From: Azolla caroliniana
Lineage: Eukaryota; Plantae; Polypodiophyta
Assembly: GCA_043228905.1 (NCBI GenBank)
Contig: JBHGNT010000004.1
Location: 17,794,001-17,858,000, forward strand
DNA: 64,000 nucleotides
Direction: 5' to 3'
The position numbers and the translations under genes are program-made. Below the pieces are notes generated by a model. The model was not told the DNA's origin, did no database searches, and saw nothing but the letters and a program-made list of their open reading frames with translations. This document shows positions 24,650 through 38,000 of the stretch, in pieces; position 1 is the first letter of the stretch; each line of letters starts with the position of its first letter.

Positions 24650-27461
24650 AACATACTTGAATCCTCTATAACTGAGGCATTTTTGCAATGCCAATGTATC
24701 ATGAGATGGGACAAATGTGGAGGCTCACGCGTCACACAATATACTATACATGTTGCACCTAACTTCAAAACCATATTCTTCGCAGGATGAGGAAACCGTA
24801 CACATCAATACATGTTAGAGCCCATCCCATTGTTTGTCATTCGAACCATTGCTTCCAAGAGACTTAGCTCACATGCATTGTGATGTGAGATGGGACGTTG
24901 GAGCACAAGTTATGATAGAGGTTAACCATGCACACTTTGTCATAAACAAGTTCGAGAGTTTGAGTATCACACTTTGATTAAATGGTCTGCCTTTGATCAT
25001 ATTTGACCATGCTTTCCGCACATATTCAACCAAGCCTAATCCTTGCACAAATTTCTCTCACATTCATTGGTAAAGTTCTTGAACATCAAGAGTCGCTACT
25101 CACTTTCACATGTATAATGTGAAATGTAATATTTTTGGTCTCATATGTCATATTTGACCTCCAAAGAAGATAAACACGTTCGCATTCACAAGTGAAAGTA
25201 TCACACATTCCACTTGTAGATTCCTTTTATAATCTTGCGATATTAGGCTATTTTCAGAAAGTTGATAGACTAATATCACATGTTTTAAATAGCATAGAAA
25301 TTTGCTGATTTTTTGAGATTTAACAAGTGTCAAAATGATCATTTCTGAAATTGAAGAGTTTTTCGATAAATGTTTAAACATTGACGGTCTACAGATATGA
25401 AATGTAGTTAACTTAAAGAAAGTCACAATGGTTAAGTCAAACCACAAGTTAAGATTAATGGGTTCACCATCTTGAAGAGATGTAGCTTCCAAAAGTGGAA
25501 GTGACATCTATTGTTAGTGAAAATGTTTTGTGTAAGAGGTAAACACTCTAATCCTTAGTGCCATCAACATTTATAAATTTATTGCTCATCAATATCCATA
25601 AATTCACAACTCCAAAAATGTAGACAATATTCATAAACTGTCAAACCTAGATGAGAACATCAATATATCATTGGAACATATCACATAGTTATCTGGGTAT
25701 CCACATTGTTCTCCTCTTATTCCTTTTGAGAACTCTCGTCCAAAATTTGTGCAGTAGTATCTACTCCACATAGGCTAGCAGTAGTAATATCTCCTCATCA
25801 AAATCAATAAGCTCCTTATGTTAACCAGCTAATGGCGGAATACGTTCATAAGATGTAGGTTGAAAATGTTAAGCCTTTAATCCTCCTGTTAATGAAACTC
25901 ACTTGCTCATCATCCTTTTCTAGAGCAAAAATATTTTTGAATAGCTTCAATGCAGATGTAGATGTAGTACCTATTAACAATTTTAAATGAAGATTGCTTT
26001 AGCTAAATGTAAACTATATTGATTTCTAAAGGCATAACAAACCAAGTTATAACAATTTACCCCAGTCGGAGAATAGATCTAGTATCTGATCTCCTTCGTT
26101 GGATAACATTTCAAATGTCAAATATCAATATCAATTAGAATGTATTGATGGGCAAATCAAAATTCTCCATGTAAGATAAATATTCCTTACCAAGCAAGGT
26201 TTTCTATCCCATGGCAACGAGATCTCAAGGCCTATGTTATAGAGTATCCTTGGTCCATGCTATCCTTGTCGTCAACTGTGCGAAATCTTTTACCATCTTC
26301 TCAAGTTGTTTGAACATAAATGGTTCATCATCATATGTTGATCCAACCATGCGAAATATATATGGTATGTCAACAATAGATAATATGTATTCCGTCGTTG
26401 GCAATATGTGTATCATCTCAGCCACATCACCACAATAGACATTATAGTACAAATCTCGGGTGATATCCTTTTTGTGGCCAAATTTCTTAAAAGTGCCATC
26501 ATCTTCTACACCATATGACTTCACTAAATGTTGGTCCTTCTCTTTCCGAGCTTTCTCAAGATGTGCAAGAAATGATGTAGGAAAATCAGGAATATCTTAC
26601 TATCACTATCTCGGTATATCATCGTTGAACAATATTTCTTTGACCTCTGACGATATGTGGCTTCCTCGAGCTCTTTCAAGATGTGCAAGAATTGATGTAC
26701 ATAGGAAAATCATGAATATCTTTTACTTCTCTCGGATGCTTACTATCACTATCTCTGTATAATTGCATGCTCATCCTGATTTTCAGTTGATCTTGTAGGG
26801 GCAAAATCAAAAAATATAAAGAAACTCAATTATATGAACCAAGAAGTAATTTCAAACAACTTATATGTTTAAAGACAAATTAACTCTAGAGAAAAGGGCT
26901 CTAAATGCCAAAAAGGGACTGGTAGATGCGAAATATGCCAAAATTTTATGATTTTTTGTTAAATAATATGAGAAACAAACACTAAATAGTGCAGTAAAAA
27001 CACCGAGAGAAAGCGATTTTCTTATGGGAAATCTTGGAAAAAAATAGGAATTCATTACAAAAATAGAGATTATTTGTGAAAAATACAATTTATTCAACAA
27101 CTAGGTACAAAATATCTAATTGTTTTGGACAATACTGTTATTCTTTATAGAGTAAAATATGCACATGTCGAGAGAGATGTGTTTTACAAAATCTCAATAC
27201 AAAGTATATTCTTTTCATTTAAAATAGTATAAAAAGCTATTATCCTTGTGCAACTAGAGACAAAGTGTTTAGTTGCCTCAAAAAATAGTCATTTTAACAA
27301 TCAGCTTGATAGAAAGTATTGGAACTCGATACTTTGTATGAGTTTCCATTTAAAACAATGATTTCGCAGTAAAACTTGATACAAAATATCAAGTTTATGT
27401 TTAAAGTTATTTTTTTAAAATCTCGATACTTTGTGTCGAGTTTTAGTTTGAAACTATAGTG
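24650..27461 (-). mobile_element. One end of a CACTA(En/Spm)-like DNA transposon with cargo; other end not found
   Basis: Minus strand starts CACTATAGTTTCAAACTAAAAC at 27461, at the junction with gypsy sequence. Clustered direct and inverted subterminal repeats (CTCGATACTTT/CTCGATACAAA variants near 27190, 27326, 27375, 27422). AT-rich. No transposase seen. Confidence 0.65.
25870..26560 (-). pseudogene. Beta-class amino-DNA-methyltransferase (N4-cytosine/N6-adenine, N6_N4_Mtase-like) pseudogene with a 90-nt GT-AG intron
   Basis: YNVYCGDVAEMIHILPTTEYILSIVDIPY (motif IV DIPY at 26371-26360) precedes EMLSNEGDQILDLFSDW-G|GT-TTSTSALKLFKNIFALEKDDEQVSFINRRI (motif X/I/II region). Intron 26060-25971. 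Stops, an indel and an apparent deletion lie in between. Confidence 0.75.
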
Positions 27462-28181
27462 GTGTGGTCCAACTGTACCAAATTTCAGTTTAAAATAGAG
27501 ACGGAGATGATGTATTTCTTGAGTACCAGATTGTCATCGGATGACATGACCTGAGACGAACAGAAACGACTAGCGGTCCGATGCCGCAATTTTTGCATGG
27601 TTCAAGATATCCTATATCATAAAGGAGCTGACAGGATCAGGTTGTCTGGTGGAGCTGATAAGTGATCAAGGTGGCCAACAAAGTTATTAGCGGCTTAACA
27701 TTCTACTACGTTATAGTGCACAAGAAGAGTACCCCTTATTATTCGCATGCAAATGGATTGGTTGAATAAACTAATAAGACCCTTTCAACAATCCTAAAAA
27801 AGATAGTAAACAAAAATTAGACGAATTGGGATACGACGTTGCACAACGCATTATGGGCGTATCGAACGAGTTATAAAACAAGCATATAGTCCATACCAAA
27901 TCGGCTAGTGTTCGGACTAGAAACCGTCATGCTGATTGAATTTCAGGTACAGAGTCTCCGAGTGCATGTTCGGGGGCGACTGAATGAGACGGAATCATAA
28001 CAGATCTTATTGGAATAGTTATCATCACTTGGAGAAGATCGCCTGCACAGTATATGGCAACTGGAGCAAGACCAGAATCGACGGAAACCATTCATAGATT
28101 GTCACGAGAAGGGGAATGAGAAAGAATTCGGAATTGGTAAAGTAGTTCTAGTGTTTCAGACACGGATGGGCTTTATGTTGG
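27462..28181 (+). pseudogene. Decayed integrase fragment of a non-chromovirus (Tat/Athila-like) gypsy
   Basis: ANGLVE.TNKT, WDTTLHNALWAYRTSYKT, RLVFGLETVM. Homologous to 57800-58200 on the minus strand. Confidence 0.75.
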
Positions 28182-29097
28182 TGTCGTAGAGTGTTTCGTA
28201 CACTACGTGAAATATGTACAAAGTACCTGATTGAATAAGTATAAAGAAATACAGTGTACCAACATATCATAAGTTAAAAAAATAGATTTTGATATATGAA
28301 TGGTTATCCTCATACATATTTTCTAGGAAAAAGCTACTCATGCACACCTAGCATGCATGGACACTATAGTTAGGGCAAAAAAAACTTGATACAAAAAGCT
28401 ACTCATGCACATCTAGTGTGCATGAACACTTTTGGAAAAAGCATGAGCCTTACCATACTTAGACTCTCCCATCACTATATACAGAGGAAAGCAAAATGTA
28501 ATTGGGGTGTGGAAATTTTGGGTTTTTTCTTGGGAAAACTATTAGGGTTTCTAAATAGTAATAAAATACATACATTATACTCATGGAATTCACGAATTTT
28601 CTATCTCTCTCTTTCAATCTATGCATATTCTTATCTGTCTTAATATTCTTCTCCTCGTAGTTCAAAACCTCGGCGGTTTCCACCCGACTCACGCAACGAT
28701 TTGACGCCGAAAGGCACGACACATTTGGTGAACCCGACGTCAAAACGGGTGGCATGGAGATGGAGAATCGTCAAGAGGACAACAACATGATGCCAATGTT
28801 TGTGTGGATGTTGCAAGAAAACACACAATGTTTGGGGTCACGGTGGTAGTAGAGCAGCTCGTGCAATAGAACGGGCAATTCAATGGAACGAACGTGTCAC
28901 GTATCTATGGGATTACAAGGCAGAGATGCTACAATGTGGGATATCGGAAGGGTTGCAAGTGGCATACTTCAATCAGGTGGCTACGAATAGGCTTCAAGGG
29001 AGCATCCACGAGATACGACAACAAAATACGACGTGGGCGGCCTTTGAAGAAATGATGAAAACAACATACGCTATTGCAGACTCCTCCAAGGCAACGT
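28182..29097 (+). mobile_element. Truncated Trp-primed gypsy: 5' LTR 28182-28721, PBS 28726-28740, gag N-terminus
   Basis: TGTCG...CGACA termini, TGGTGAACCCGACGT, gag YLWDYKAEMLQCGISEGLQV homologous to 22179-22550. Confidence 0.85.
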
Positions 29098-32000
29098 TGT
29101 TGTGGAGGATTTCAGCCATAAGGAGAAATCTCGCGGACCGTGTGTGAACGGGGATGTGCACATTTGCACATGAAAGGTTCTTTGTACAAAAACATGTAAA
29201 TAAAGAAAGTATTAAATAAGTACAAGATAACATAGTTATTAGGAACTTTTGTAATCCCACGAAACGAGGGGAATAATATGATATGATGGTAGAAAATCGG
29301 GGGGAAATCATTGACAGAAACAACTATCATAACTACTGAGGGAACGGCCTCTCGTTGTGCTATAAAAGGAGGGGAGGGAGACTAAGAGGGGATCCTTCGT
29401 TTTGGAGGGGAAGGTGTTGTCGGTTAGCGCCGTCGCTTGTTTGGGTTTTTTGTTTTGTGCATTCGGTTAGGAAGGGGGATGCCTCTGCTCGGGTAGGAAG
29501 CCCGTGTTCTCCTGACCAAAGGCTCACTGGCATGTGCGTGTGTGTGAGTGCGGAGCTCGAAGCTCTGTCTCCGGCCTGAGGCCACTTGTATTCTTCTTTG
29601 TCTTTGAGTTTATTATTGGTATTGTTGTATCCGTCTCTCTCCTTGTGTTGTGCCAACGTTTGTTTCTTTGTTTCTGTCTCCGGGAGGTGTCGCTTCTCGC
29701 TCCTCCGTTCTTGCATATCTACTTGAGTCTCTGAGCTCGTGTGCTCATTTTCGGGAATCCGGTGAACAAGGTTTATGAGCCCTGTGCTCTAAAAATTTCT
29801 CCGGCAACCAAGTCGGATAGGACACTTTAGCTTAGTAGCCGCTCATTCTTAGGCTCCTTGATCGGGGACCATGGTGATCCCGCATGTGGCGACCCACAAG
29901 CCGCGGATATCTACGACATCTTTGGTGAAACTGATGTGAAAAGAGCAGCAAAGGAGTCCAAGATGAGAGATAATGAGCTCGTTTGAGGTGATGGCGGTGG
30001 CCGTTGACCACCTGCTAAATGCTCGAGAGAGCTCCGCTGACCTCGACAGAACCATAGAAACTATTGTCGGCACTTTAGGCCAATTTAATGGGAAGGATGT
30101 CACGAGTTATTTGGAGGCCTATAAGGCCGAGATGCTCATGAGGGACATCCCCGAAGAAAGACGATTGACTAGCTTCGCCAGGGTCCTGGCATTGAGCATC
30201 CACATCGAGGTGCTCGAGATACACACGGACTCTGCAACTTGGAGGGGCTCGAAAGAAGGCTCCTCGAGTGGTACGGTTTGGATGACTCACTCTGGCTATC
30301 AAAGAAGGAACTCATGGAGTGGGTCAAACTTCCTGGGAAGGGAAGGAACATGACGTTGCTTCTTCGAGAATTTGAGAAGCATTTCTGCTCGACTCTCAGC
30401 TTTAGACAGGACTGTGTTGGACACGAGCAAGGTCCTGTTGTTCAGAAAGGTAGTCGATGTACAAGATAAGGAAAAGGTGGGTCTCCTCTTGGAGATAGAT
30501 GATAGCTTTACGATTGACTGGGCGGTGGTGAAAATAGTGTGCAAGCGTTTCGACAAACGACGAGAATGAGAAGATGAAGAGTCATCATCGACTGGCCCGA
30601 CCACAAGAGGAGTAGCAGGGGAGGTGCTGACCCGGTCGGATGAGATGAGAAGGCGGCTTGAGTTGGGCCCAATACAGACAAACGTGGTCCAGGGACCGTC
30701 TGGGGGTGCGTCACTAGAGGAGCTTACGAAGATGGTGCATGTTCTTCGGATCGCTCATGCTCGGAGGGACGGTGAGGGTCAATCGAGTGACTGGCACCCA
30801 CCCAATGGCCTTAGGTGCATGTGGTGCGACAGTGTCGACCACATTCGAAGGGACTGCACCAACTTCGCTGAGGCGCTGAGGAGCAATGTGGTGTACCTAT
30901 GGAATGGCCGGTTACATGCGAGTGAGATGCAAAGGCCCCTAGAAATGAACACCGTTCAGGGCTAGATGAAGAGGATAATGGAGGATGTAGTTGCGCAACA
31001 CATCGAGGCCATCCATTACTCGGCGTCGGCCGGCCACCGGGTAGGAGGAGAAAAGAACACCCAATTTTGGTCGATTATAGTCAAAGGCTTCTTTAGGAAG
31101 AAGTTGAAGAAGGAGAAGGCAAAACTTGTGGAGAGGCGAGTTCGGGAGGTCACCCGATGGAGCGATTTGGTGGAGGAGAAGACTAGTTTCATGGAAGTTG
31201 CATGCTAGAACTACGAAGTTATGGTTGAAGAAAAGCGGGCCGGGAAGGCCAGAGGCGAGGGACCTTCTGGTAGATACAATACCCACAGCAGGCCGAGAAG
31301 GAGTGGTGGTGGTCCGATTGACCAACAGGAAAAGGGAAAGGGAAAGTTTCCGAGCTTCTGATTGAGCTCAGAAATAGAGAAGTCGACGAACCTACAAAAG
31401 GTCTTGGAGGAATGAGTCCTCGATAGTCGGGTGGAATTCACATTGTGGGAGTTTCTAGGCATAGCCAAGTCAGGGAATTCCACGACAAACTAATTGACCT
31501 AGTAAAGAGTAAGCGGCTCTTCACCGAGCCAAAAAATGAGAAACAGTTTGAGGTAATGGCGGCACACATTGACGAGGTGGTGGGAGAAGAAGAATATGCC
31601 GATAGCCACTACATGTGACCGCATTGGGCAAGGTCAATGATGGAGACTCCGTTCTAGATCGGAGATGTGAAGGAGCCGACGTCACATTGATCGACCACAA
31701 GTGAAAAGGGGAAATGGCCGATCAATATCAAGCATGGGTGGAAGATACGCGCAGTGACTCGCGCTACGGAAGAGCTTTACGGTGCATGACCGAATGTACG
31801 AGTAAAGGTCGGTGATGTTGACATGGAGAATTCCGGCTGCTAGAGGGATGGGGGGGTGAATGTGCGTGAATGAGGGTGTGCGTTGATGCACTCAAATATG
31901 CCTTTACGTATAAACACATGTAAATAACTTAGGGCTAGTAACTGCTAGGGACTAGAATTTAATAGGTACTTTGACGCAAGGGGATCGAGGAAAATCTTCT

Positions 32001-35000
32001 TCCGAAGCGGCCGGTTTAACTACCTGATGTAATAGCCCACTCTTCCCTTGTCCTATAAAAGGAGGGAGAGAAGACTGAGGAGCGATCTACGTTTTTAGAG
32101 AGGGAAGTGCTGCCAGTTTGGGTCCTCATCTCTCTGTGTGGGTGTCTTCGTGTTAGGTTTGGGTTGGAAGCCTCTGATCATGTAGGAAGCCTGTGAGCTC
32201 CCGACAAAGGCTCCTCATTGAACCGGTGTGTGTGCCTCTATGTGTGTGTGGGTGGGAATGGGTTGTTGTTTGGCGAGCGTGCATCTCTGTTACCAGCTAG
32301 GCTGGTTGTACTCTATCTATTTGGATCTATTCATTCGATTGTTACCTGTGTATCTCCTTGATTTGGGTTTCTCTCTCTTTGTTTCCATCCATTGGATCGC
32401 TATCCGTGTATCTCTTGGGTTGGGTCTCTCTCGGTGTCCTGATACCATCACACCGGCTCTGAGATCCTCCGAGAGGGACAGAGCACGGTCACATTTGGGT
32501 TGCTGTACTCGTTATTAGATACCCGAAGACCGTCCGGAAAACCTTGACAGTCTTTGTTCTCATTTCCTGCATTCTTTGGTCTAGGGCCCCCGCGGTCCCA
32601 CCTAAGGTCCTACACATGCCTGCAGAATACCGAGACATCTTGGTGAACCCGACATGAAAGGCGATAGAGGAGTTTGAAGATGAGGGCAAGTGAGCTGGCA
32701 GAGGCGATGGCAGCAGCCTTCAACCACATAGTGAGTGCGTGGGAGGTTATGGGTACCCTCGATAGGGCTATTGAAGCGATAATCTGAACAATAGGCTGGT
32801 TGTATGGAAAAGAAGTGACGAAATATCTAGAGGCATACAAGGCGGAGATGATAATGAGGGATATTCCGGAAGAGCGGCGGCTCTCCGGATTCTTGCGAGT
32901 GATGATGGTGAGCATCCATGCGGAGGTTCTCAAGGTACAGACGGTGTGCAGAAGTTGGGCGGAGTTCAAGGAACGATTTGGGTTTGATGACCCCTCCGAC
33001 TATCGAAGCGTGAATTCATGGAGTGGGTTGAAAGCTTAGGGAAGGGGAGTAACACGACGACCCTCCTCCAAGAGTTCAAAACGAGGTTCGATCGTCTCTG
33101 GGTGCCTGATCGGACAATGCTTGATACTAGCAAGGTTCTGCTATTTATCAAGTCGGTCGACGAGGACTGGTAGAAGGTAGGCCCTCATCTCGAGACTGAT
33201 GAGGGACTTACGACCGATTGTGCCATGGTAAAGAGGGTGTGCGGCCGCTTCGACAAGCGGCGGGACTGGACGAAGGAAGGGGCGACCGTGGCTGTGCCGA
33301 CGGTACACAAGAAACAAGGAGAGGTTGCTTTGACGTGACCGAACAAGACAAGGCGGTGGCTGGAATCGGGAACGGTTCCGGTTACCGTGGTTGGCTGGCC
33401 GGCCAAGGGCACAACGCTAGACAAGTTGACCAAGATTGCGTAGGATCTCCAAATCGCACCAGCACGAAGGGACAACGGAGGCCCGTCACGCGACCGAAGG
33501 TTGCCTTTAGAGCAAAGGTGCATGTGGTGCAAAGCCGTCGGCCATGACTGGAAGAACTGACAAAGGGCTTAGAAATAACGTGGTGTACCTCTGGAATGGC
33601 TGGGTGTACGCCAGCGAGACACGGGCAGTGGTCGAGTTGAACTTTGGTCAACCCGGAATGAAGCGGTTAATGGAAGAAGCTGCAACACAACACACCGAAG
33701 CCGTCCATTATTCCGCATCGGCTGGCATTCGGGTCGGACGTGAAGGTGGCGAGAAGGTGAAGGATTATGGGTTCTGGCCGTTGTTCTTGGATGGCCTTTC
33801 CGAGGTAAAGCTAAGGGAGGAGGAAGCGGTCCGCGCGGAAAGGCGAGTCTGGGAGGTCACCGGATGGGATGATCCAATCGAGAGAAAGACCGGTTTTTTG
33901 GAGGCAGCGTGCCAGAACTACGAAGTTTTGGTGGAGGATAAACGAGCAGGGAAGGACGGAGGAGCCAGACCTACTAACCGGTATGAGATGCAGAGTGCAC
34001 CGAAGAAGAATGACGCCAAGGGGTCCGGCTCGCAGGAAAGGTTGAAGCCGACAAGTTACCAGCTGAGTTCGGAAATAGAGACATCAACGAACTTGCGAAA
34101 AGTCCTAGAAGAGTGAATCCTCGACAGCATGGTGGAGTTGTCTTTGAGAGAGGTGTTGGGGATTGCCAAGAAAGAGTCCCACAATTCCATCGTGGACTTG
34201 GTGAAGCGGAAGCAGCTCTCAACGAAGCCGGAGCCGGAGAAGCCCATGGAGGTTAGGGCAACGCACCTCAACGACGTGGCCACTATATGAGATTGCATTG
34301 GGCGAGAGCAACATGGAGACCCTTGTTCGGATCAAGGACATCAAAGAACCAGTGGTGGCCTTGATCAACCATGGGTCTGAAATCAACTTGATGTCCTTGG
34401 ACCTCTACAAGAAAGGAAAATGGCCGATCAACACCAAGCATGGGTAGAAGATATGCGCGGCGACACGTGCCATGGAGGAGCTTCACGGGGTGTGTCTGAA
34501 CGTCCGGGTTAAGGTCGGGGACATCGAGATCGACCAACACATTTTCGTGCAGGAGACTTCCTCGCACCTGGTGATTCTCAGCGAATCCTACATCACGGCA
34601 GCACGGATGGAAACGAAGGTACTAGACAATGGCTTAGCGTACGCATGGGTAAAGAGCCAAGACAGAAGGCACTACGTTCAACTTTTGACGGTGCATCTGA
34701 ACCACGAGAGGAATCGTGAGTCTCTCGGCAACGACGACCGAGAGGATTTTTAGAGAGGGCTATCAAGGCGTGGGGCCGTGATAATCCGGACACTCCTAAG
34801 AAAAGGTAGACCTATATTATAGGTAGGAATGTTTGGTCCTCTGCTAATGGAGGTTGTACAATAACTGGCATTCGTGGCTCGGAGAAGAAGCAAGTGGAGG
34901 ATTTCTTGAGGGCATGTGGCGCCCTGGGCCCCGTGGCGTGGTGCCGTGGAGGCGGTCTCATTCGACAACACACTTGGAGAGATCGCTAGGGTAGTTGAAG

Positions 35001-38000
35001 AGGATCTAAGCAAGGACCAGGTAATTCCGATCACTTCTATGGAAATGTATGAAGTCATCGTGGACTTCAAGAGGATGGTCGGGATGGATAGGATGTCCCG
35101 AGTTGACACCAAGTACAAGACTGTGGACCGGAAGGTGAGGCCAATCACTGCTCCCTCATCGAATGACAACGGGGAATGGATGAAAGGGGTCGTAACGGAC
35201 CTGATTTTATGGAATCCGGCCGTCATAAAGATTTGTGGGGGTGGCTTCCTACTACCGACGGAGGAGGACTGGTTTAGGAGCATGCTCAAAAGGCACGAAA
35301 AAGCTTTCACATTCTCGCCAGGGGAGATCGGGTGCGTCGACCCGACGATCATGGAACCGATGGAGATCTTCACGATACCGGATGTACCGTGGAATCTCAA
35401 ACTGATTCCGGTACCGAGAGGTCACATCCTGATGTTGATGGAGCTGCTGAAGTAGAGGATGGAGATGGGCATCCTCGAGTCGTCGAGTGCCCCTTATTCA
35501 AATCGGTGGTTTACGGTGCCGAAGAAGAACGACATGTTGCGCTTCATACAAGACCTGCAGCTGCTCAAAAAGGTGACCATTCAAAACGCGCTTCATACAA
35601 GACATGTGTGTCGACCTGACGATCATGGAACCGATGGTGATCTTCACGGTACCATATGTATCGTGGAATCTCAAACCGATTTCGGTACCGAGAGCTCACA
35701 TCCAGAAGTTGATGGAGCTGTTGAAGTAGAGGATGGAGATGCGCATCCTCGAGCCGTCGAGTGCCCCTTATTCGAATCGGTGGTTTACGGTGCCGAAGAA
35801 GAATTTCATGTTGCGCTTCATACAGGACCTGTACCCAGTCAATAAGGTCGCCATTCAGAATGCAGGAATCGGGCCAACCCTCGATGAGTTCGCAGAGGCC
35901 TTCGCCGGAAGGTCGATCTATTCGGTTGGCGACTTATAATCGGGATACGAATAGTTCGAGCTAGCCGTGGGGAGTAGGGATATCACGACAATGCGGACCC
36001 CTGTTGGCTTAGTACGAATCTGTACCTTGCCGCAAGGAGGGACCAACTCAGTGGCGCATATGGTGAACGCAATCAAAAAAGTGCTGAGGGAGTGCATCCC
36101 AAATATCACCATGTCATTCTTGGACGACATCCCAATCAAGGGATGTCCGGTGGAAGTAAAGGATGAATCGGTCGGACTGGATGCCGGAGGTTTATCGCGG
36201 ATCAAATATCCGACTGCGAGAAGATATTGCAGAGGCTCCAGGGTGCTCGGCTTACCTTCTCGTGGGAGAAGTTGGCTTTCGGACAATACGAAATTTTCGT
36301 AGTGGGGCATTTGTGCGAACCGTATGGCCGGAAACCATCCCAGGCGAAGGTAGAGGCCATCTCTACGATGAAAGAAGAATGTAATTCGGCCACGAAAGTC
36401 CAGAGATTCCTCGAAGCGTGCGCCTTCCACCACATCTGGATTTCACATTATGCGCATGTCGCAGAGCCGCTCTACGGGTTGTTGAAGAAGGGCAGTAGGT
36501 TTGAATGGAAATGGGAGCACACGGGATCGGTTCGGAAGATGAATGAAGCGGTGGTTGCAGCATTGACTCTCTGAAAGGCGGTCTACGGGAAGGGCACCCC
36601 GATTTATGTGACAATGGACACGAGTCCGACCAGAATCTTGTGGGTGGCCAATCAAGAGGATGATGACCGCATGAGATTCCCCATCCGGTTTGGTGCGAAG
36701 GTACTGAGTGAGCGGCAGTGAGGATATGCCCAGGTTAAACGCGAACTCTAGGGTATCATTTCGGCGATCAAGGCCGATAAAGATTATTTCATCAGTGCTT
36801 AGGTGATAATCGAGACAAACTGCCTACCGATTCTCGGTATGGTTTCCCGATGCGCGACTCCAGATCTGGCAATGCTTAGGTGGATCGTGTACATTAAGTC
36901 CCTGGATCTGGAGATTCGGCACATCTCCAGGAAAGACAACACCATGTCCGATATGCTTTTGAGAGCACGGTTAGACGACGAGGATGGCATGGTATCAGAA
37001 AAGGAAGAAATTGGCATGGACTTCTTCGAGTCAGCTCAGATGACGGCGAAGAGAGGGAGCACTCTGGCACTGAATGAGTTTAACGAGAATGAGTACAATG
37101 GGGAATGGGTCCGGATCGAGAGATTCTTGCGAATGTTGACACTAGACGCAGCATGGACGAGGGATGAAGCGAACCTAATCCGGAAGAAGACGTACCGGTT
37201 CTTTGTACGGAGCAAAAGAATATGGAGACACCTGAAGAAACGCACCGACACACCACTCCGGGTGGTGATAAAGGAGGATGAACAGACGACGTTGCTGTCA
37301 GAATATCACGAGAGCCCTTGGTCCGGACACCGCAAAACGTGGGCCACCTTCGAGAACCTAAAGGAGAAGTATTGGTGGCTAGGAATGTATCGTGATGTGC
37401 ACCACTTTTTGATGTCCTACGAGAGCTACCAAATGCATTCCGTAATCCTGCACTAGGACGAGTTACACCCGATCTACCCGCCTACTATTCATTTCAAGTG
37501 GATGTTGGACTTTGTGACGATGCTGATGGGGATAGGGCAAATGCGATACTTGGTGCTTGCTCGGGAGGATCTGACAAACCAAGTAGAGGGCAAAGTGCTT
37601 CAGAACAAAACGACCGCGGCCATATGTTGGTTCCTGATTGAAGAAATGTTTTGCCAGTATGGGTGCATAGGAAAGATTGTGGCCGACTGAGGGGATCTAG
37701 ATGCGCAAGAAGCCGAGGAGTTGTTTGATAAATTAGGGGTTAAGCTCTCTCTAACTACGGCATACAATCCGAAAGTGAATGGGAAGGTGGAGCGCGGACA
37801 CGGGCCGATTGTCAAGGCACTGGTATGGGCGTGCGAGGCACAGGTCGGGAATTGGCTGCGACTCCTACCCTACGCTCTATGGGAGAACCAGACTACGCAG
37901 AACTCGGTAACTGGATACATGCCGGCAGAACTCATGTACAGGCAAAAGCAGATCATGTTGGTGGACCGGACGATCTCTTCATGGGCAGCGATCGACTGGA

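Noticed and set aside
24790-24830. LTCIDV resembling a Maverick/Polinton integrase motif, or a giant-virus origin for 24650-27461
   Set aside because: Only six residues match with no downstream DDE context. The CACTA end and spliceosomal intron favour a cut-and-paste transposon, though a viral ancestry of the methyltransferase is not excluded.
24650-29097. Functional link between the methyltransferase and the CpG-targeting gypsy family
   Set aside because: Only physical proximity in a nested repeat block. Nothing in the sequence shows the enzyme's target or any dependency.
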